64,000 nt of DNA, from NCBI GenBank assembly GCA_951813605.1, contig OX638379.1, forward strand, positions 752,471 through 816,470. The letters are read 5' to 3'. The position numbers and the translations under genes are program-made. This stretch comes from an uncultured Bryobacterales bacterium. GTDB lineage: Bacteria > Acidobacteriota > Terriglobia > Bryobacterales > UBA6623. The notes beneath the pieces are model-generated. The model was not told the origin of the DNA and searched no databases. It worked only from the letters and a program-made list of their open reading frames with translations. Every line of letters begins with the position of its first letter. Position 1 is the stretch's first letter. Below, piece after piece: positions 29,197 to 39,582 of the stretch.

Positions 29197-31899
29197 TTAC
29201 CGTTTTGTGAGCGCTTCGTCGAGGTTCAGTACGACATTGGCGACAACCACCCAGGCAGCGCTCTCGGGTGTTTGGTCTCGGCCGTCCGGGAATTCCGGTG
29301 GCTGCAAGGCCGTGAGACCGAAGTCGATATTTCTTCCTCCGTCTGTCAGGCCGGTATGGACGACGTGGACCGCCAGCACGTTGCCGTTTGGACGCAACGC
29401 TGCGCGCGCCGACGGGCTGACCGGGTAGGGCACGTGCGTTCCGGCGCCATCGAGGTCCGTCGCTGCCGGAATCCCGTTGATGAAAGCCCTAAAGCTGCCA
29501 GAGTGGCGGACTTCGAAACGAAAGTCGTCCAGACCGCGGGCTGGTACGTCGAATTCCAACCGCATCCAGAGGTCAGGTGTGTTCCAAACTGTCCGCTGGC
29601 TCGCACTGTATGGATCGTCGTTGCCGTCGTTGTCGGCGGCCTTCGAATTGCCGAACGATCCCCGACCTGTCTTCCATCGCGAGTCGTCGAAGTGCGAGCT
29701 TGTCCAGTCCTCGCCCGGGTCCACCGTCGCATAACGCCAAACAGGGGCGTTCCCTCTGGAGTCGTCTACAAGGGTGGCTTCCCGGTTTTCCGTATAGAGC
29801 ACGCGATCATAGTTCGAAAGCTTGCGTGTGCCGGACGGATCCTCGGCGAGGTCGCTAGCGGCTTCGTCGTGCAGCGCGAGAAGCCGACGGGACTCTTCCG
29901 CCGAGGGCGGACGCATCAGCAACAGCCGGAACATCTGCTCGAGTACCGACTCGCTGCTCGAATGGGCTTCGCGCTTCGCGCGCTTCGCCAAGAACTGCGC
30001 CGCCTCCATCAGAGGCGGATCATTCAGGGTCACGAGAGCTTGCAGCGGCGTATTTGTCCTGATCCGGCGGATGGTGCAGGTCTCGCCTGAGGGCGCGTCG
30101 AATGTTGTCATGGACGGGTACGGCGAGGTGCGCCGCCACAGTGTGTACAGTGCTCTGCGATGACGGTCCTCGCCGGGGCTTGTTTCCCAGAGACGACTGC
30201 TGTACACCACCTGCCAGATCCCGTCCGGTTGCCAGGGCATGACTGGCGGGCCCCCGACTTTGCGACTCAGCAGGCCGCTAGCCGCCAGGGCTTGGTCGCG
30301 GACCATTTCGGCCGGTAGCCGGAAACGGGGCCCTCTCGCCAGCAGATCGTTATTCGGATCCCCTTCTAGGAGTTCCTGCGAGGCGTCCGACGTTTGGCGG
30401 TAGGTAGCTGACATCACGATCGTCTTGATGATCGCCTTCATGTCCCAGCCGCCGCGCATGAATTCCAACGCAAGCCAGTCGAGCAGATCGGGATGCGTTG
30501 GCGGCGTCCCTTGCGTGCCGAAATCCTCTTCCGTCTTGACGATTCCCGCTCCGAAAAGGCGTGCCCAAATTCGGTTCACGGCGACGCGCGCAGTCAGCGG
30601 GTTCTCTTCTGACATGAGCCATTGGGCGAGTCCGAGCCGGTTCTTGGCGGATGCCGGTGAGAACCCGTGAAACGCAGCCGGCACATTCGGCTCGACACGT
30701 TCGCCGAGGCTCATGAAATTGCCTCTCTTGTGAACGAACGTCTCCCGGCGTTCCTCGTCGGATACCCTTCTGAAGATCGGTGTGGAGACGCCTTCGGCGA
30801 CCTCCAGCGTGGGACTGTCGTCATTTCGGTCCGCGTCGGCGGTTTGATTGAAAAAGGCGTAAAGCGAGTAGTACTCCTTCTGCGAGATCGGGTCGTACTT
30901 GTGCGAATGGCACTGCGCGCATCCCCAAGTCAATCCCATCCACGTCTGCCCGGTCGTCGCCACACGATCCTTAACCGCCTCGTCGCGGAACTCTTCGTCG
31001 TCCGTGCCGCCCTCCGTGTTTGTCATGGTGTTGCGATGGAATCCGGTGGCCACCAGATCGTCTTGGGTCGGTTCTGAGAGGAGATCACCCGCTAGCTGAA
31101 GGACCGTGAAACGGTCAAACGGAAGGTTGTCGTTCAGGGCTTTCACCACCCAATCGCGATAGGGCCAGATGGTCCGCAGGCTGTCCTTCTCGTAGCCCAT
31201 CGAATCGGCGTAACGCGCCAGGTCCAGCCAGACCCTCGCCCACCGCTCGCCGTAGGCCGCAGCACTCAGCAACCGATCAACCAAGGCCTCGTAGGCACCA
31301 GTCGAGTCATCAGAAACAAAGGCTTCCGCCTCGTCAGGTGTCGGCGGCAACCCGGTCAGGTCAAGAGAAACGCGGCGGACCAGCGTGTAACGATCAGCTT
31401 CCAATGACGGACGGAGCCCGTTCTCGTCCAGCGTGGCAAGAACCAGTGCGTCTACCGGATTGCGCACCCACCTTGGATCTGACACGTCCGGCTGGGCTGG
31501 TCGGACCGGGCGCTCAAATGCCCAATGGCGTTCGTAGTGCGCCCCCGCGTCGATCCAATGCCTGAGCGTGTCGACTTCTTCCGAAGAAAGGCGTTCCCCG
31601 GTTGGCGGCATCGGGTTCGTGTCCGCTTCGACCCGAGCGATTAACCGGCTTTCCGAACTCTCTCCGGGAACCAGGCCTGCGTATCCGCCGGTCTCACCGG
31701 TGGCGGACTCACGCGAATCCAGCCTAAGGTTTGCCATCCTGCTGTTATCGTCAGGGCCGTGGCAGGGCAGGCACTTTTGGAGGATCGGCCGGACTTCGAC
31801 AGCGAAGTTGGGAGCCGCAAGCCCACTCGACACCACCGCCAGGGCTAGGACCGCCGATAGAACGAGACGAATGGTGCATTGGGAAACACTTGCGATCAT
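29197..31899 (-). CDS. Cytochrome-c-domain + DUF1549 + DUF1553 protein (PSCyt/PSD1 type) with extra C-terminal jelly-roll-like domain
   Basis: ATG 31899 gives signal peptide [29 protein letters not shown]. Heme-binding motif CLPCH. DUF1549 block [19 protein letters not shown]...[25 protein letters not shown]1553 block [24 protein letters not shown]. The last ~220 aa (W-x-Y...[15 protein letters not shown]...) look like a galactose-binding-type beta-sandwich; this domain call is an inference. Confidence 0.9.
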   Translation of the reverse strand: MIASVSQCTIRLVLSAVLALAVVSSGLAAPNFAVEVRPILQKCLPCHGPDDNSRMANLRLDSRESATGETGGYAGLVPGESSESRLIARVEADTNPMPPTGERLSSEEVDTLRHWIDAGAHYERHWAFERPVRPAQPDVSDPRWVRNPVDALVLATLDENGLRPSLEADRYTLVRRVSLDLTGLPPTPDEAEAFVSDDSTGAYEALVDRLLSAAAYGERWARVWLDLARYADSMGYEKDSLRTIWPYRDWVVKALNDNLPFDRFTVLQLAGDLLSEPTQDDLVATGFHRNTMTNTEGGTDDEEFRDEAVKDRVATTGQTWMGLTWGCAQCHSHKYDPISQKEYYSLYAFFNQTADADRNDDSPTLEVAEGVSTPIFRRVSDEERRETFVHKRGNFMSLGERVEPNVPAAFHGFSPASAKNRLGLAQWLMSEENPLTARVAVNRIWARLFGAGIVKTEEDFGTQGTPPTHPDLLDWLALEFMRGGWDMKAIIKTIVMSATYRQTSDASQELLEGDPNNDLLARGPRFRLPAEMVRDQALAASGLLSRKVGGPPVMPWQPDGIWQVVYSSRLWETSPGEDRHRRALYTLWRRTSPYPSMTTFDAPSGETCTIRRIRTNTPLQALVTLNDPPLMEAAQFLAKRAKREAHSSSESVLEQMFRLLLMRPPSAEESRRLLALHDEAASDLAEDPSGTRKLSNYDRVLYTENREATLVDDSRGNAPVWRYATVDPGEDWTSSHFDDSRWKTGRGSFGNSKAADNDGNDDPYSASQRTVWNTPDLWMRLEFDVPARGLDDFRFEVRHSGSFRAFINGIPAATDLDGAGTHVPYPVSPSARAALRPNGNVLAVHVVHTGLTDGGRNIDFGLTALQPPEFPDGRDQTPESAAWVVVANVVLNLDEALTKR

Positions 31900-32719
31900 T
31901 GGAGTCTTCGTGGTCTGCGAGCGGGATGCCCGATTGCCGTGCGGCCATAAGACGCCACACAACGGTCGCGCATGCTCGCACCGGATTTGCTTACCCACCG
32001 TAGCAACGAAAGCGTACTGCAACAACCGGGCAGCACTAGCTTGCTTCAAAGGCAATGTACGTCTAGAGGGTCGGACGGGTCAAGCCCGATTGCCCTGCAA
32101 TATGTCTCACATCAAAGACCTGGGGCTCACGCGCTCGAAGAACTCGGCGCTGCCGCACTGGCTGCCGCGTAATCGCTCGAATGAAATACGGAACGAGAGA
32201 GCCAGCTTATGGCCTGAGAAAACCCAGAGAAGCCGACCGAGCCGAGGTGGGACGGGCAATTGCCCGAGAGTCCGGCTTCAGTTCCGGCACGGAAAGGCGG
32301 CGTGTGACTGGAGTGGATCCTGTGCCTGAAGCCTTGGAACCGGGCCTGGCCGCGCAGCTCGATTATCAATTGCTCGATGACGTGGAATTCCGCTCGGATC
32401 ATGAACAGACTGTTCGCCCGGCAGCCGGGCGGGACGGTCCTTACCGGGAGGGGCTGCGAAGCGCCGGGCCAAACCCGCAGATCGCAGCTCTTGCCGCTTG
32501 GCAGGATGTCGCAGCGGGTTTCCAAGCAGGTGCCAGACAGCTACCAGCGATGTCCCCCGGCTTCCTGTCCCCTCTGGATGTTACGTAGATCAGCGGGCAA
32601 GCCGGCGGGCGGCCGACCGAGCGGTGCCCGCGGGCGGTAGCCATGGCACGGTGTATTCTGAAGCCATCCCCGTTCATGATTACCCCAGCGATCGGGCCTA
32701 AGTTGAAACGTGTAGCAGT

Positions 32720-33847
32720 ATGAATGCGCTTCGGTACACACGGGAGCTGGTTCAGTTCCCTACAGTTAGCAACGTCTCTAACGCAGCCATCAGCGAATAC
32801 CTTGATGGTGTCCTCAACAAGATGGGCTTTGCCACAGAGCGCGTTGAGTATGCGGACCCGGCAGGCGTTCCTAAGGTCAATGTCGTTGGCAAGAAGGGGC
32901 CGGGGATCGGCGGAATGGCCTATTTCGCCCACACCGACGTGGTCCCGGCTGACGCTTGGTTCACAACCGAACACGGCCCGTTCGAGCCCACCGTCCGAGG
33001 TCGCAAACTCTACGGTCGCGGCAGTTGTGACATGAAAGGATCGATCGGTTCGATGCTGGCCGCAATCGAGCGAATTGACCTTGCCAAGTTGAGTAAGCCG
33101 CTCTACGTTACCCTCACCGCGGACGAGGAGACCGGCTATCTAGGAGCACAACAGGTCGCTCGGCGATCCGAGTTGTTCCGCGAGATGGTCCGAGGGGAGT
33201 CGAATGGAATCGTCGGCGAGCCGACCGAGCTGAACGTCGTACACGCGCATAAGGGGACCTACGGGTTCAGGGCAACGTCTTACGGCAGGGCCGCCCATTC
33301 CAGCACCAACGAGGGGCTCAATGCCAACCTCGCCATGATTCCCTTTCTCAGCGAAATGAAGCGAATCCACGACGAGGCCAACGCTGATCCCGCGTGGCAG
33401 GACGCCGCCTTTGACCCTCCAGGGATCAGCTGGAACATCGGAATCAACGATCACAACACCGCAGTGAATGTAACGTCTGCGAAGAGCGTCTGCACCGTGT
33501 ATTTCCGTCCGGCCCCCGGCCAGGATGCGAATGCTCTCATCGAGCGGTCCAGAAAGATTGCCGAGCGGTGCGGCCTCCAATTTGACCTGCTCGGGGCAGG
33601 GCAACCCTTGTATGTGGACCCCGAGTCGGAATTCGTGCGCGAGGTGTCGGGATTGACCGGCAACTCCAAGCCTCAGACTGTTTGCTACGGAACCGACGGG
33701 GCGGTCCTGACAGACTTGGACAATCTCCTGGTGTTGGGCCCAGGCAGCATTGACCAAGCGCACACGCACGACGAATGGATTCTCCTGGATCAGCTCGAAC
33801 AGGGGTCGCGACTTTACGCCAAGCTAATTCGACATTGGTGCTGTTGA
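32720..33847 (+). CDS. M20-family metallopeptidase/deacylase (ArgE/DapE-like)
   Basis: 375 aa. Motifs AHTDVVPA and GRGSCDMKGS are typical of acetylornithine deacetylase / succinyl-diaminopimelate desuccinylase-type M20 enzymes. Confidence 0.85.
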   Translation: MNALRYTRELVQFPTVSNVSNAAISEYLDGVLNKMGFATERVEYADPAGVPKVNVVGKKGPGIGGMAYFAHTDVVPADAWFTTEHGPFEPTVRGRKLYGRGSCDMKGSIGSMLAAIERIDLAKLSKPLYVTLTADEETGYLGAQQVARRSELFREMVRGESNGIVGEPTELNVVHAHKGTYGFRATSYGRAAHSSTNEGLNANLAMIPFLSEMKRIHDEANADPAWQDAAFDPPGISWNIGINDHNTAVNVTSAKSVCTVYFRPAPGQDANALIERSRKIAERCGLQFDLLGAGQPLYVDPESEFVREVSGLTGNSKPQTVCYGTDGAVLTDLDNLLVLGPGSIDQAHTHDEWILLDQLEQGSRLYAKLIRHWCC

Positions 33848-33975
33848 AGGATCCTTGGTATGCGTATTCCGTCGAACCCGAAGCGGAATCTTGAGGATCT
33901 GGTGGTCGCTGGACCGCTGCGGAATTCATTCGAAGGACGGCTCAACAGCCGCAACTTCGTGCGACGATACTGCTG

Positions 33976-35316
33976 ATGCACGGAGTGAAGCCCGCGCTCA
34001 TCGAGCGTGACCTGGAGCACCTGATCCACCCATTGCATAGCCCGGACTCCCATAAGCGGGGCCACGTCTGGGTCAGCGGCGAGGGATCAGTCCTCGTCGA
34101 TGCGGACGGTCGCAAGTACCTGGACGGTCTTTCCGGGTTGTGGAACGTGGTCCTGGGTCATGGCCGCGAAGAACTTGCCCGGGCCGCGCGGAATCAGATG
34201 GCGGAACTCGCGTACTGCTCGGGATACGCAGGAAGCTCGAATCCCCGAGCCATCGAATTGGCCGAGAAGCTTGCCTCGCTGGCGTACCCATCGATTAACC
34301 GCTTTTTCTTCACTTGCGGGGGCGGGGAAGCAAGCGAGACCAGCTTCAAGCTGGCACGGTCCTATTGGAAGATCAGAGGGTTTCCCGAGAAAACAAAGGT
34401 CATTTCCCGGCAGTGGGGCTATCACGGCGTCACGTTAGCGGCCATGAGTGCCACCGGAATATCAGGCTACTGGCCGCTGTTCGAGCCTCGGGTGCCTGGA
34501 TTCCTCCAGATTCCCTCTCCCTACCCGTACCGCTACGAATGCCCCCCCGGCGCAAGCCCTGGTGTCGCCGCGGCCGATGAATTGGAACGGGCGATTCTGC
34601 GTGAAGGCCCGGAAACGATCGCGATGTTTCTCGCGGAGCCGGTCCAAGGAGCGGGCGGTGTCATCGTTCCTCAGGAGGACTATTTCCGCCGAATCAGAGC
34701 GATCTGCGACCAGTACGATGTCTTGTTTGTAGCTGACGAGGTGATTACCGGATTCGGCCGCACCGGGAAGTGGTTCGCGCTCGACCATTGGGGCGTCGAA
34801 CCTGACCTCGTACAGTTCGCCAAGGCGATCACCTCCGGCTATTTCCCGTTAGGCGGGGTCGGCGTGACCGAGCGGATTGCCCAGGCGCTCGAGCAACACC
34901 CGTCGCCTTGGATGCATGCCTACACCTACAGCGCCCATCCTGTCGGCTGCGCCGTGGCGTTGAGGAATCTGGACATTCTGGAACGAGAGGGCTTGCCTGC
35001 CCAGGCGGGCGAGAAGGGCGACTACCTTCTTGCCGGACTTAGAGCGTCACTTGCCGATCACCCCCATGTCGGGGAGGTGCGGGGCAAGGGCCTTATGTGT
35101 GCGGTCGAATATGTCAAAGACAGAGTTACCAAGCAGGAGTTCGCGCCTGCGGAGCGGGTCGGAGAGAAGCTCAACGCCGAGGCCCAGCGGCGAGGCCTGT
35201 TCAGTCGCTTGCGAGGAGACGTCTTCTGCCTAGCCCCTCCGTTCGTCACCACCCGGGAACAACTTGACCGAATTATCCAAATACTGTCGGAGGCGACAGA
35301 AGCGGTATTGGGCTAG
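33976..35316 (+). CDS. Class-III (omega) aminotransferase, PLP-dependent
   Basis: 446 aa. Blocks LDGLSGLWNVVLGHG, LFVADEVITGFGRTGKWFA and FAKAITSGYFPLGG (PLP lysine) are typical of omega-amino acid:pyruvate / putrescine-type transaminases. Confidence 0.9.
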   Translation: MHGVKPALIERDLEHLIHPLHSPDSHKRGHVWVSGEGSVLVDADGRKYLDGLSGLWNVVLGHGREELARAARNQMAELAYCSGYAGSSNPRAIELAEKLASLAYPSINRFFFTCGGGEASETSFKLARSYWKIRGFPEKTKVISRQWGYHGVTLAAMSATGISGYWPLFEPRVPGFLQIPSPYPYRYECPPGASPGVAAADELERAILREGPETIAMFLAEPVQGAGGVIVPQEDYFRRIRAICDQYDVLFVADEVITGFGRTGKWFALDHWGVEPDLVQFAKAITSGYFPLGGVGVTERIAQALEQHPSPWMHAYTYSAHPVGCAVALRNLDILEREGLPAQAGEKGDYLLAGLRASLADHPHVGEVRGKGLMCAVEYVKDRVTKQEFAPAERVGEKLNAEAQRRGLFSRLRGDVFCLAPPFVTTREQLDRIIQILSEATEAVLG

Positions 35317-35356
35317 TTAGCACCCAGAAGGAACCGCTAGTCTCGCTGGCTCGAGT

Positions 35357-36769
35357 TCAACGACCTCGCCCGGCAACCCATGCGTCGATCTCGGCCTGGC
35401 TTGCCCCGAGCCCCACAACGGTATTTCGGTGCACTTGTCGGCCCCTGCTCGTGCCCGGCCAAGCCGGCGGAGCATGCATGGCGGTCCAAGCATCGATCGC
35501 TCGCGCCAGCTCGGCCGCCTGGTCCTCGTTGTCGGCTCGGACGTCCGCGCTCTCTGAGATATCGTCGCTGATCGCATACAGTTCTGGCTTGCGGTTGAAT
35601 ACGCGAACCAGCTTCCGATCTGCGGTCCGGGTGGCGTACTGCTCCGCCGCGTTCGCGTACCAGAAGAGCTGGCTGTGGGGCGCCCCATCTTGGTCTCCAG
35701 TCAGATACGCCATCAGATCGACGCCATCAACATTGGAAGGAGGCTCGAGACCGGCGGCCGCAACGGCTGTTGGAAAGATGTCGAGCGCGCTGACGGGCGG
35801 ATCGTAGCGCACCCCGGCTGGCAGGTGCCCCGTCCATTTCACGACGAATGGCACACGCACACCACCTTCGTAGACCGTCCCTTTAGTGCCCCGCAACGGG
35901 GCGTTGTCCGATGCATTTGCCGGTGTCGGGCCGCCGTTGTCGCTCAGAAAGATCACTAAGCTGTGCTCTGTCAAGCCAAGTTCCTCGAGCAGTGATAGGA
36001 CCTGGCCGACACCGTCGTCGAGAGCGGTGACCATTGCTCCATAGGTCCGGCGCCGAGGGTCTTCGATCGAGCCGACGCGCTCGAGCATCTCCGGTGGTGC
36101 CTGCAAGGGCCCGTGGGGGGCGTTGTAGGCGAGATATAGGAAAAACGGATTCTCCGAGTGACGCCGTATGAAGTCGAGAGCCGCTTCCGAGAGCTGCTCG
36201 GTCAAGTAGCCGTCGACGGGAATCTTCTCGCCGTGCGCCTCTAACGGGATCAAGTACTCCCTCGCGTCTACGCCGGCGGACTTGAAATAGTCGTGACCGC
36301 CGCCGAGAAGGCCGAAAAACTCGTCGAACCCGCGCTCGAGCGGATGGAACTCTGGAGCGTCTCCCAAGTGCCACTTGCCCACGATCCCGCTGACGTAACC
36401 TGCTTTCGCGAGGATTTCAGGCAATAGTGTTTCGCTCAACGGCAAGCCCTCCCCGGCCCGAAACTTCGGATTGAAGATATGGCCGAAGCGATGCTGGTAG
36501 CGACCGGTGAGTAACCCTGCGCGGGAAGGGCTGCAATACGGGTGGCTGACGTAGCCATTCGTAAATCGGACTCCGCCTGCTGCCAGGAGGTCGATGTTAG
36601 GTGTCGTAAAGTCTTTCAGGCCTTGGAATCCAACGTCGGCGTAGCCCAAGTCATCCGCTAGGATCACGATCAAGTTTGGCGGACGGCTAGGCTGCTCGGC
36701 GAACTCGGTTGCAAGGGGCGAGCAAGAACAGGTGCAACATAGTAAGAGCAGTAGCAACAAGCGACGCAC
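35357..36769 (-). CDS. Arylsulfatase (Cys-type)
   Basis: Blocks PNLIVILADDLGYAD and CSPSRAGLLTG. The ORF is open to 37063. In-frame GTG 36769 would give VRRLLLLLLLCCTCSCSP as the signal peptide. The start is uncertain and no clear SD was seen. Confidence 0.8.
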   Translation of the reverse strand: MRRLLLLLLLCCTCSCSPLATEFAEQPSRPPNLIVILADDLGYADVGFQGLKDFTTPNIDLLAAGGVRFTNGYVSHPYCSPSRAGLLTGRYQHRFGHIFNPKFRAGEGLPLSETLLPEILAKAGYVSGIVGKWHLGDAPEFHPLERGFDEFFGLLGGGHDYFKSAGVDAREYLIPLEAHGEKIPVDGYLTEQLSEAALDFIRRHSENPFFLYLAYNAPHGPLQAPPEMLERVGSIEDPRRRTYGAMVTALDDGVGQVLSLLEELGLTEHSLVIFLSDNGGPTPANASDNAPLRGTKGTVYEGGVRVPFVVKWTGHLPAGVRYDPPVSALDIFPTAVAAAGLEPPSNVDGVDLMAYLTGDQDGAPHSQLFWYANAAEQYATRTADRKLVRVFNRKPELYAISDDISESADVRADNEDQAAELARAIDAWTAMHAPPAWPGTSRGRQVHRNTVVGLGASQAEIDAWVAGRGR

Positions 36770-37712
36770 GACAAATAGCGTGGCGCAGCGGGCTGCGGGA
36801 TGTAAAGTGCAGCGGATTTGTATTCGTACCTTCTTTCGTTCTTTCCCGTCTACCTGATGACGGACGACCTTCCGGAGATCTCGACCGGAGAGGATTCGGG
36901 CCTCGTCATCGGCAAGCTTGACAATGCCACGGTCGCGACCCTCTGCAAACAACCCCACTAACAAGCCGATTCTCATCGTCGACGGACAGCGCCTCCTAGG
37001 AGGCAAGCAGAATCGGACGATTAACGCGACGTAGTTGGTTCCGGCTCGGACCAAGCCGCGCACACCTGTGTCCTGCCTCGAGCAGGGTCGCTGCGGGGCG
37101 ACCAGGGTGCCCTATGGACCGAAGTCTACAGTAGTACCGCGCGACGCGGTCGCGGATCTAGCCCGCCTAGGTCGCCTGCCGCGCCAAAGCGGAATCGCCG
37201 TGGCTCACGGGCCCGCTGTTCGGCGCGGCCAAATTGCTCGCGGCCCCCTGGAGCGCCCTGATCCGGTCCCACACGATCGAGCGCGAAGGTCGCGGGACGC
37301 CACTCGCCCGCGAGTGCGCTCTAGGTTATCAAGCGATTCGGTGCGCTGGAATCGCGGAACGCACAGGGAGTCGGACTGGGAACGGAGAGGCGCGTGCAAG
37401 ATCGGAGAATCGTCGGGCACCTGCTGACGCTCAATGGGTCGATCGTGCATGCCAGCGCCTTTGCTCGCTCCGCCCGAAGCCAAGGCGATCGAAAAAGCCG
37501 CTGACAGCCTTGGACGCCAGTCGCTCCGCTTCCGAACCCCACGGAACACGCTCGCGATCGGAAGCATAGATTCCCCGGAGCCGATTACTCGAACGGCCGT
37601 TCAACGCCCATCGCATTGCAGCGTGGATGGCGCTGGTGCCTGCTCGATGCTTAGGGCAGCCATGCAAGCCACCCGTGACGTCGTTCGCAAGGACGGGCAC
37701 ATTGGTTAGGCA

Positions 37713-39401
37713 TCAGCCAAGTTCGCCGCGCTTCGCAGCGTCAATCAGATGCTCGGAAGCCCGCACTGCGAGGGCCATCATTGTGAGCGTCGGGTTAACG
37801 CAGCCGATCGTGACAAAGGCGGCGCCGTCAGTGACAAACAGGTTCTTCAGGTCATGGGCTTGGTTCCACGTGTTGAGAACGAACTTGCGCGGATCGTTTC
37901 CCATGCGCGCCGTGCCGACTTCGTGCGTGGCGCCGCCGGGCCAGCGCGGGGTCGTGATCTTGCGGACGTCTTCGGCCCCGGCGGCTAGCAGCATCTCCTC
38001 CCCGGCATCAGCCGAGTGATCGAACAGGCGCATCTCGTTGTCGCTCCAAGTGACGTTCATGTGCAGCGCGGGAATGCCCCAAGCATCCTTCACTTCTGGG
38101 TCGAGTTCGACGTAGTTCTCGTAACGCGCCAAGCATTCGCTCGACGTCCCGAGACTGAAGCGCCAGTAGTTCTCGGACTCTCGCACGGCCCGCTTGAAAT
38201 CGGCGCCAAAGCCCGGTATGCGGTAGATCGACGCGGCCGAGCCGTAGCTGGAGCCGTTGCGCATCTGCGCCCCGAAGCCCCGAATCATGCCGTCGGTATG
38301 CGGGCGATCGACATTCAGGTAGCGTGGCAAGTAGAGCCCGTTGGGTCGCCGCGGAGCGCCCGCCCATCTCTTGTCTTCCTTCACCGGCAGGACACCGGAG
38401 ACGCCTCCGTACATGTGGTCCATTACGTAGTGGCCCGGCACGCCCGACGAATTGCAGAAGTCCTTGCCCGAGTTCAGCAGGATGCGGGTCGACTCCAGGG
38501 TCGAAGCCGACAGTACGACCACCTTGGCCCGGACTTCCCGCGGCGTGCGGGTGAGTCTGTCAAAGTAGGCGACACCGTTGGAGAGACCCGTGCTGCTGTC
38601 GATCGTGACATGCGAGACGACAGCGTCGGTCAGAACGTCGCAGTTGCCAGACCGCTCGGCGTCCGCAACCGTAGTCCATACGCTCGAAAAGTAAGAGTGC
38701 GTGACGCATCCGTGCTCGCACGGTCCGCAGTAATGGCAAGGCTGCCGACCGTTGAGCGGCTTGGTGAGGACGGCGGCTCGGCCGATGGTGACGTTGCGGC
38801 CGAACCGCTCATTGACTTTGTCCTGGAAGTACTTCTCGCCGCAGGTCATTCCCATAGGCGGCTGCATGATGCTGTCTGGAAACTGCATCAGACCGAGCGG
38901 CTCCCCGCTGATGCCTACATACCGCTCGACCTTCTCGTAGTAAGGAACCATTTCCTCGTAGGTCATTGGCCAGTCGTCTCCGTACCCGTCATGGCTGGCG
39001 GCGGAGAAGTCGAGCTTCGAGAGACGGTAGCTCTGGCGCGCCCATGTAAGCGAACGTCCGCCAAGCTGGCGGCCCCGAGTCCACTGGAAGGGCTTGTCGA
39101 TGGGATACGTGTACGGATTGCGGACATCGTTGACAAACCATTCGAAATTAGACTCCCGACAGGCGTATTTCATGCTCTGGATCGGGCGGTTGCGGGCGAT
39201 TTCCGGCGATTGGCCCCGGTACTTGAGATCGTAAGGAAGCAAATGCTCGGTAAACTCGGCCTCGGTGGTGCGGTGGCCGGCTTCGAGCAGGGCGACTTGC
39301 ATCCCAGCTTCGGCAAGCGTCTTGGCGACCCATCCTCCGGTCGCGCCAGAGCCGACAATGACGGCGTCGTAGGTATCGTTGTTCCTGGCGATGATCTGCA
39401 T
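37713..39401 (-). CDS. GMC-family FAD-dependent oxidoreductase
   Basis: N-terminal Rossmann motif YDAVIVGSGATGGWVAKTLAEAGMQVALLEAG. Length (562 aa) and C-terminal blocks (HEVGTARMG) are typical of GMC oxidoreductases. No signal peptide. Confidence 0.9.
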   Translation of the reverse strand: MQIIARNNDTYDAVIVGSGATGGWVAKTLAEAGMQVALLEAGHRTTEAEFTEHLLPYDLKYRGQSPEIARNRPIQSMKYACRESNFEWFVNDVRNPYTYPIDKPFQWTRGRQLGGRSLTWARQSYRLSKLDFSAASHDGYGDDWPMTYEEMVPYYEKVERYVGISGEPLGLMQFPDSIMQPPMGMTCGEKYFQDKVNERFGRNVTIGRAAVLTKPLNGRQPCHYCGPCEHGCVTHSYFSSVWTTVADAERSGNCDVLTDAVVSHVTIDSSTGLSNGVAYFDRLTRTPREVRAKVVVLSASTLESTRILLNSGKDFCNSSGVPGHYVMDHMYGGVSGVLPVKEDKRWAGAPRRPNGLYLPRYLNVDRPHTDGMIRGFGAQMRNGSSYGSAASIYRIPGFGADFKRAVRESENYWRFSLGTSSECLARYENYVELDPEVKDAWGIPALHMNVTWSDNEMRLFDHSADAGEEMLLAAGAEDVRKITTPRWPGGATHEVGTARMGNDPRKFVLNTWNQAHDLKNLFVTDGAAFVTIGCVNPTLTMMALAVRASEHLIDAAKRGELG

Positions 39402-39558
39402 GAGGGTTAGCCAAGTCTGTCTTGGCCAGTCTATAACGCCAGTTGCCGAAGGGCCGCTATAACCGCTCGGCCGGGCAAGCCGGCAAGCTGGACCAGACCG
39501 ATCGTGGCGCTGACCGACAAGAATTCAGTCGGTCCCTATTGCGCGTCCAGGCCCTTCA

Positions 39559-39582
39559 GTCGCCCCAGTCCAGTGGGGCGAC
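39559..39582. repeat. Perfect 9-bp inverted repeat (hairpin) with 6-nt loop, in the divergent GMC/ThDP intergenic region
   Basis: GTCGCCCCA (39559-39567) pairs fully with TGGGGCGAC (39574-39582). A second, imperfect hairpin (GGCCTCGCTCGT...ACGAGCAGGCC) lies at 39851-39881, about 75 nt upstream of ATG 39956. Confidence 0.55.

Noticed and set aside
32056-32719. ORFs 32181-32588(+) and 32441-32974(-) in the divergent region between the DUF1553 gene and the M20 peptidase gene
   Set aside because: No motifs and a composition typical of random GC-rich ORFs. The minus-strand ORF overlaps the well-supported start of the M20 gene.
36770-37712. Several 70-130-aa ORFs between the sulfatase start and the GMC gene end
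   Set aside because: They overlap one another on both strands, are Arg-rich, and have no recognisable domain or RBS. The region is left uncalled.
38016-39410. 464-aa ORF on the + strand spanning almost the whole GMC oxidoreductase locus
   Set aside because: It is antisense to a gene with an unmistakable FAD Rossmann motif, and its Arg/Ala/Gly/Val-rich, low-complexity translation is typical of shadow ORFs in GC-rich DNA. The same reasoning applies to 13348-14640(-), 12328-13344(-), 23794-24852(+), 29068-30090(+), 6117-7034(+), 8023-9018(+), 16022-17107(-) and most other tracked ORFs that overlap the called genes.
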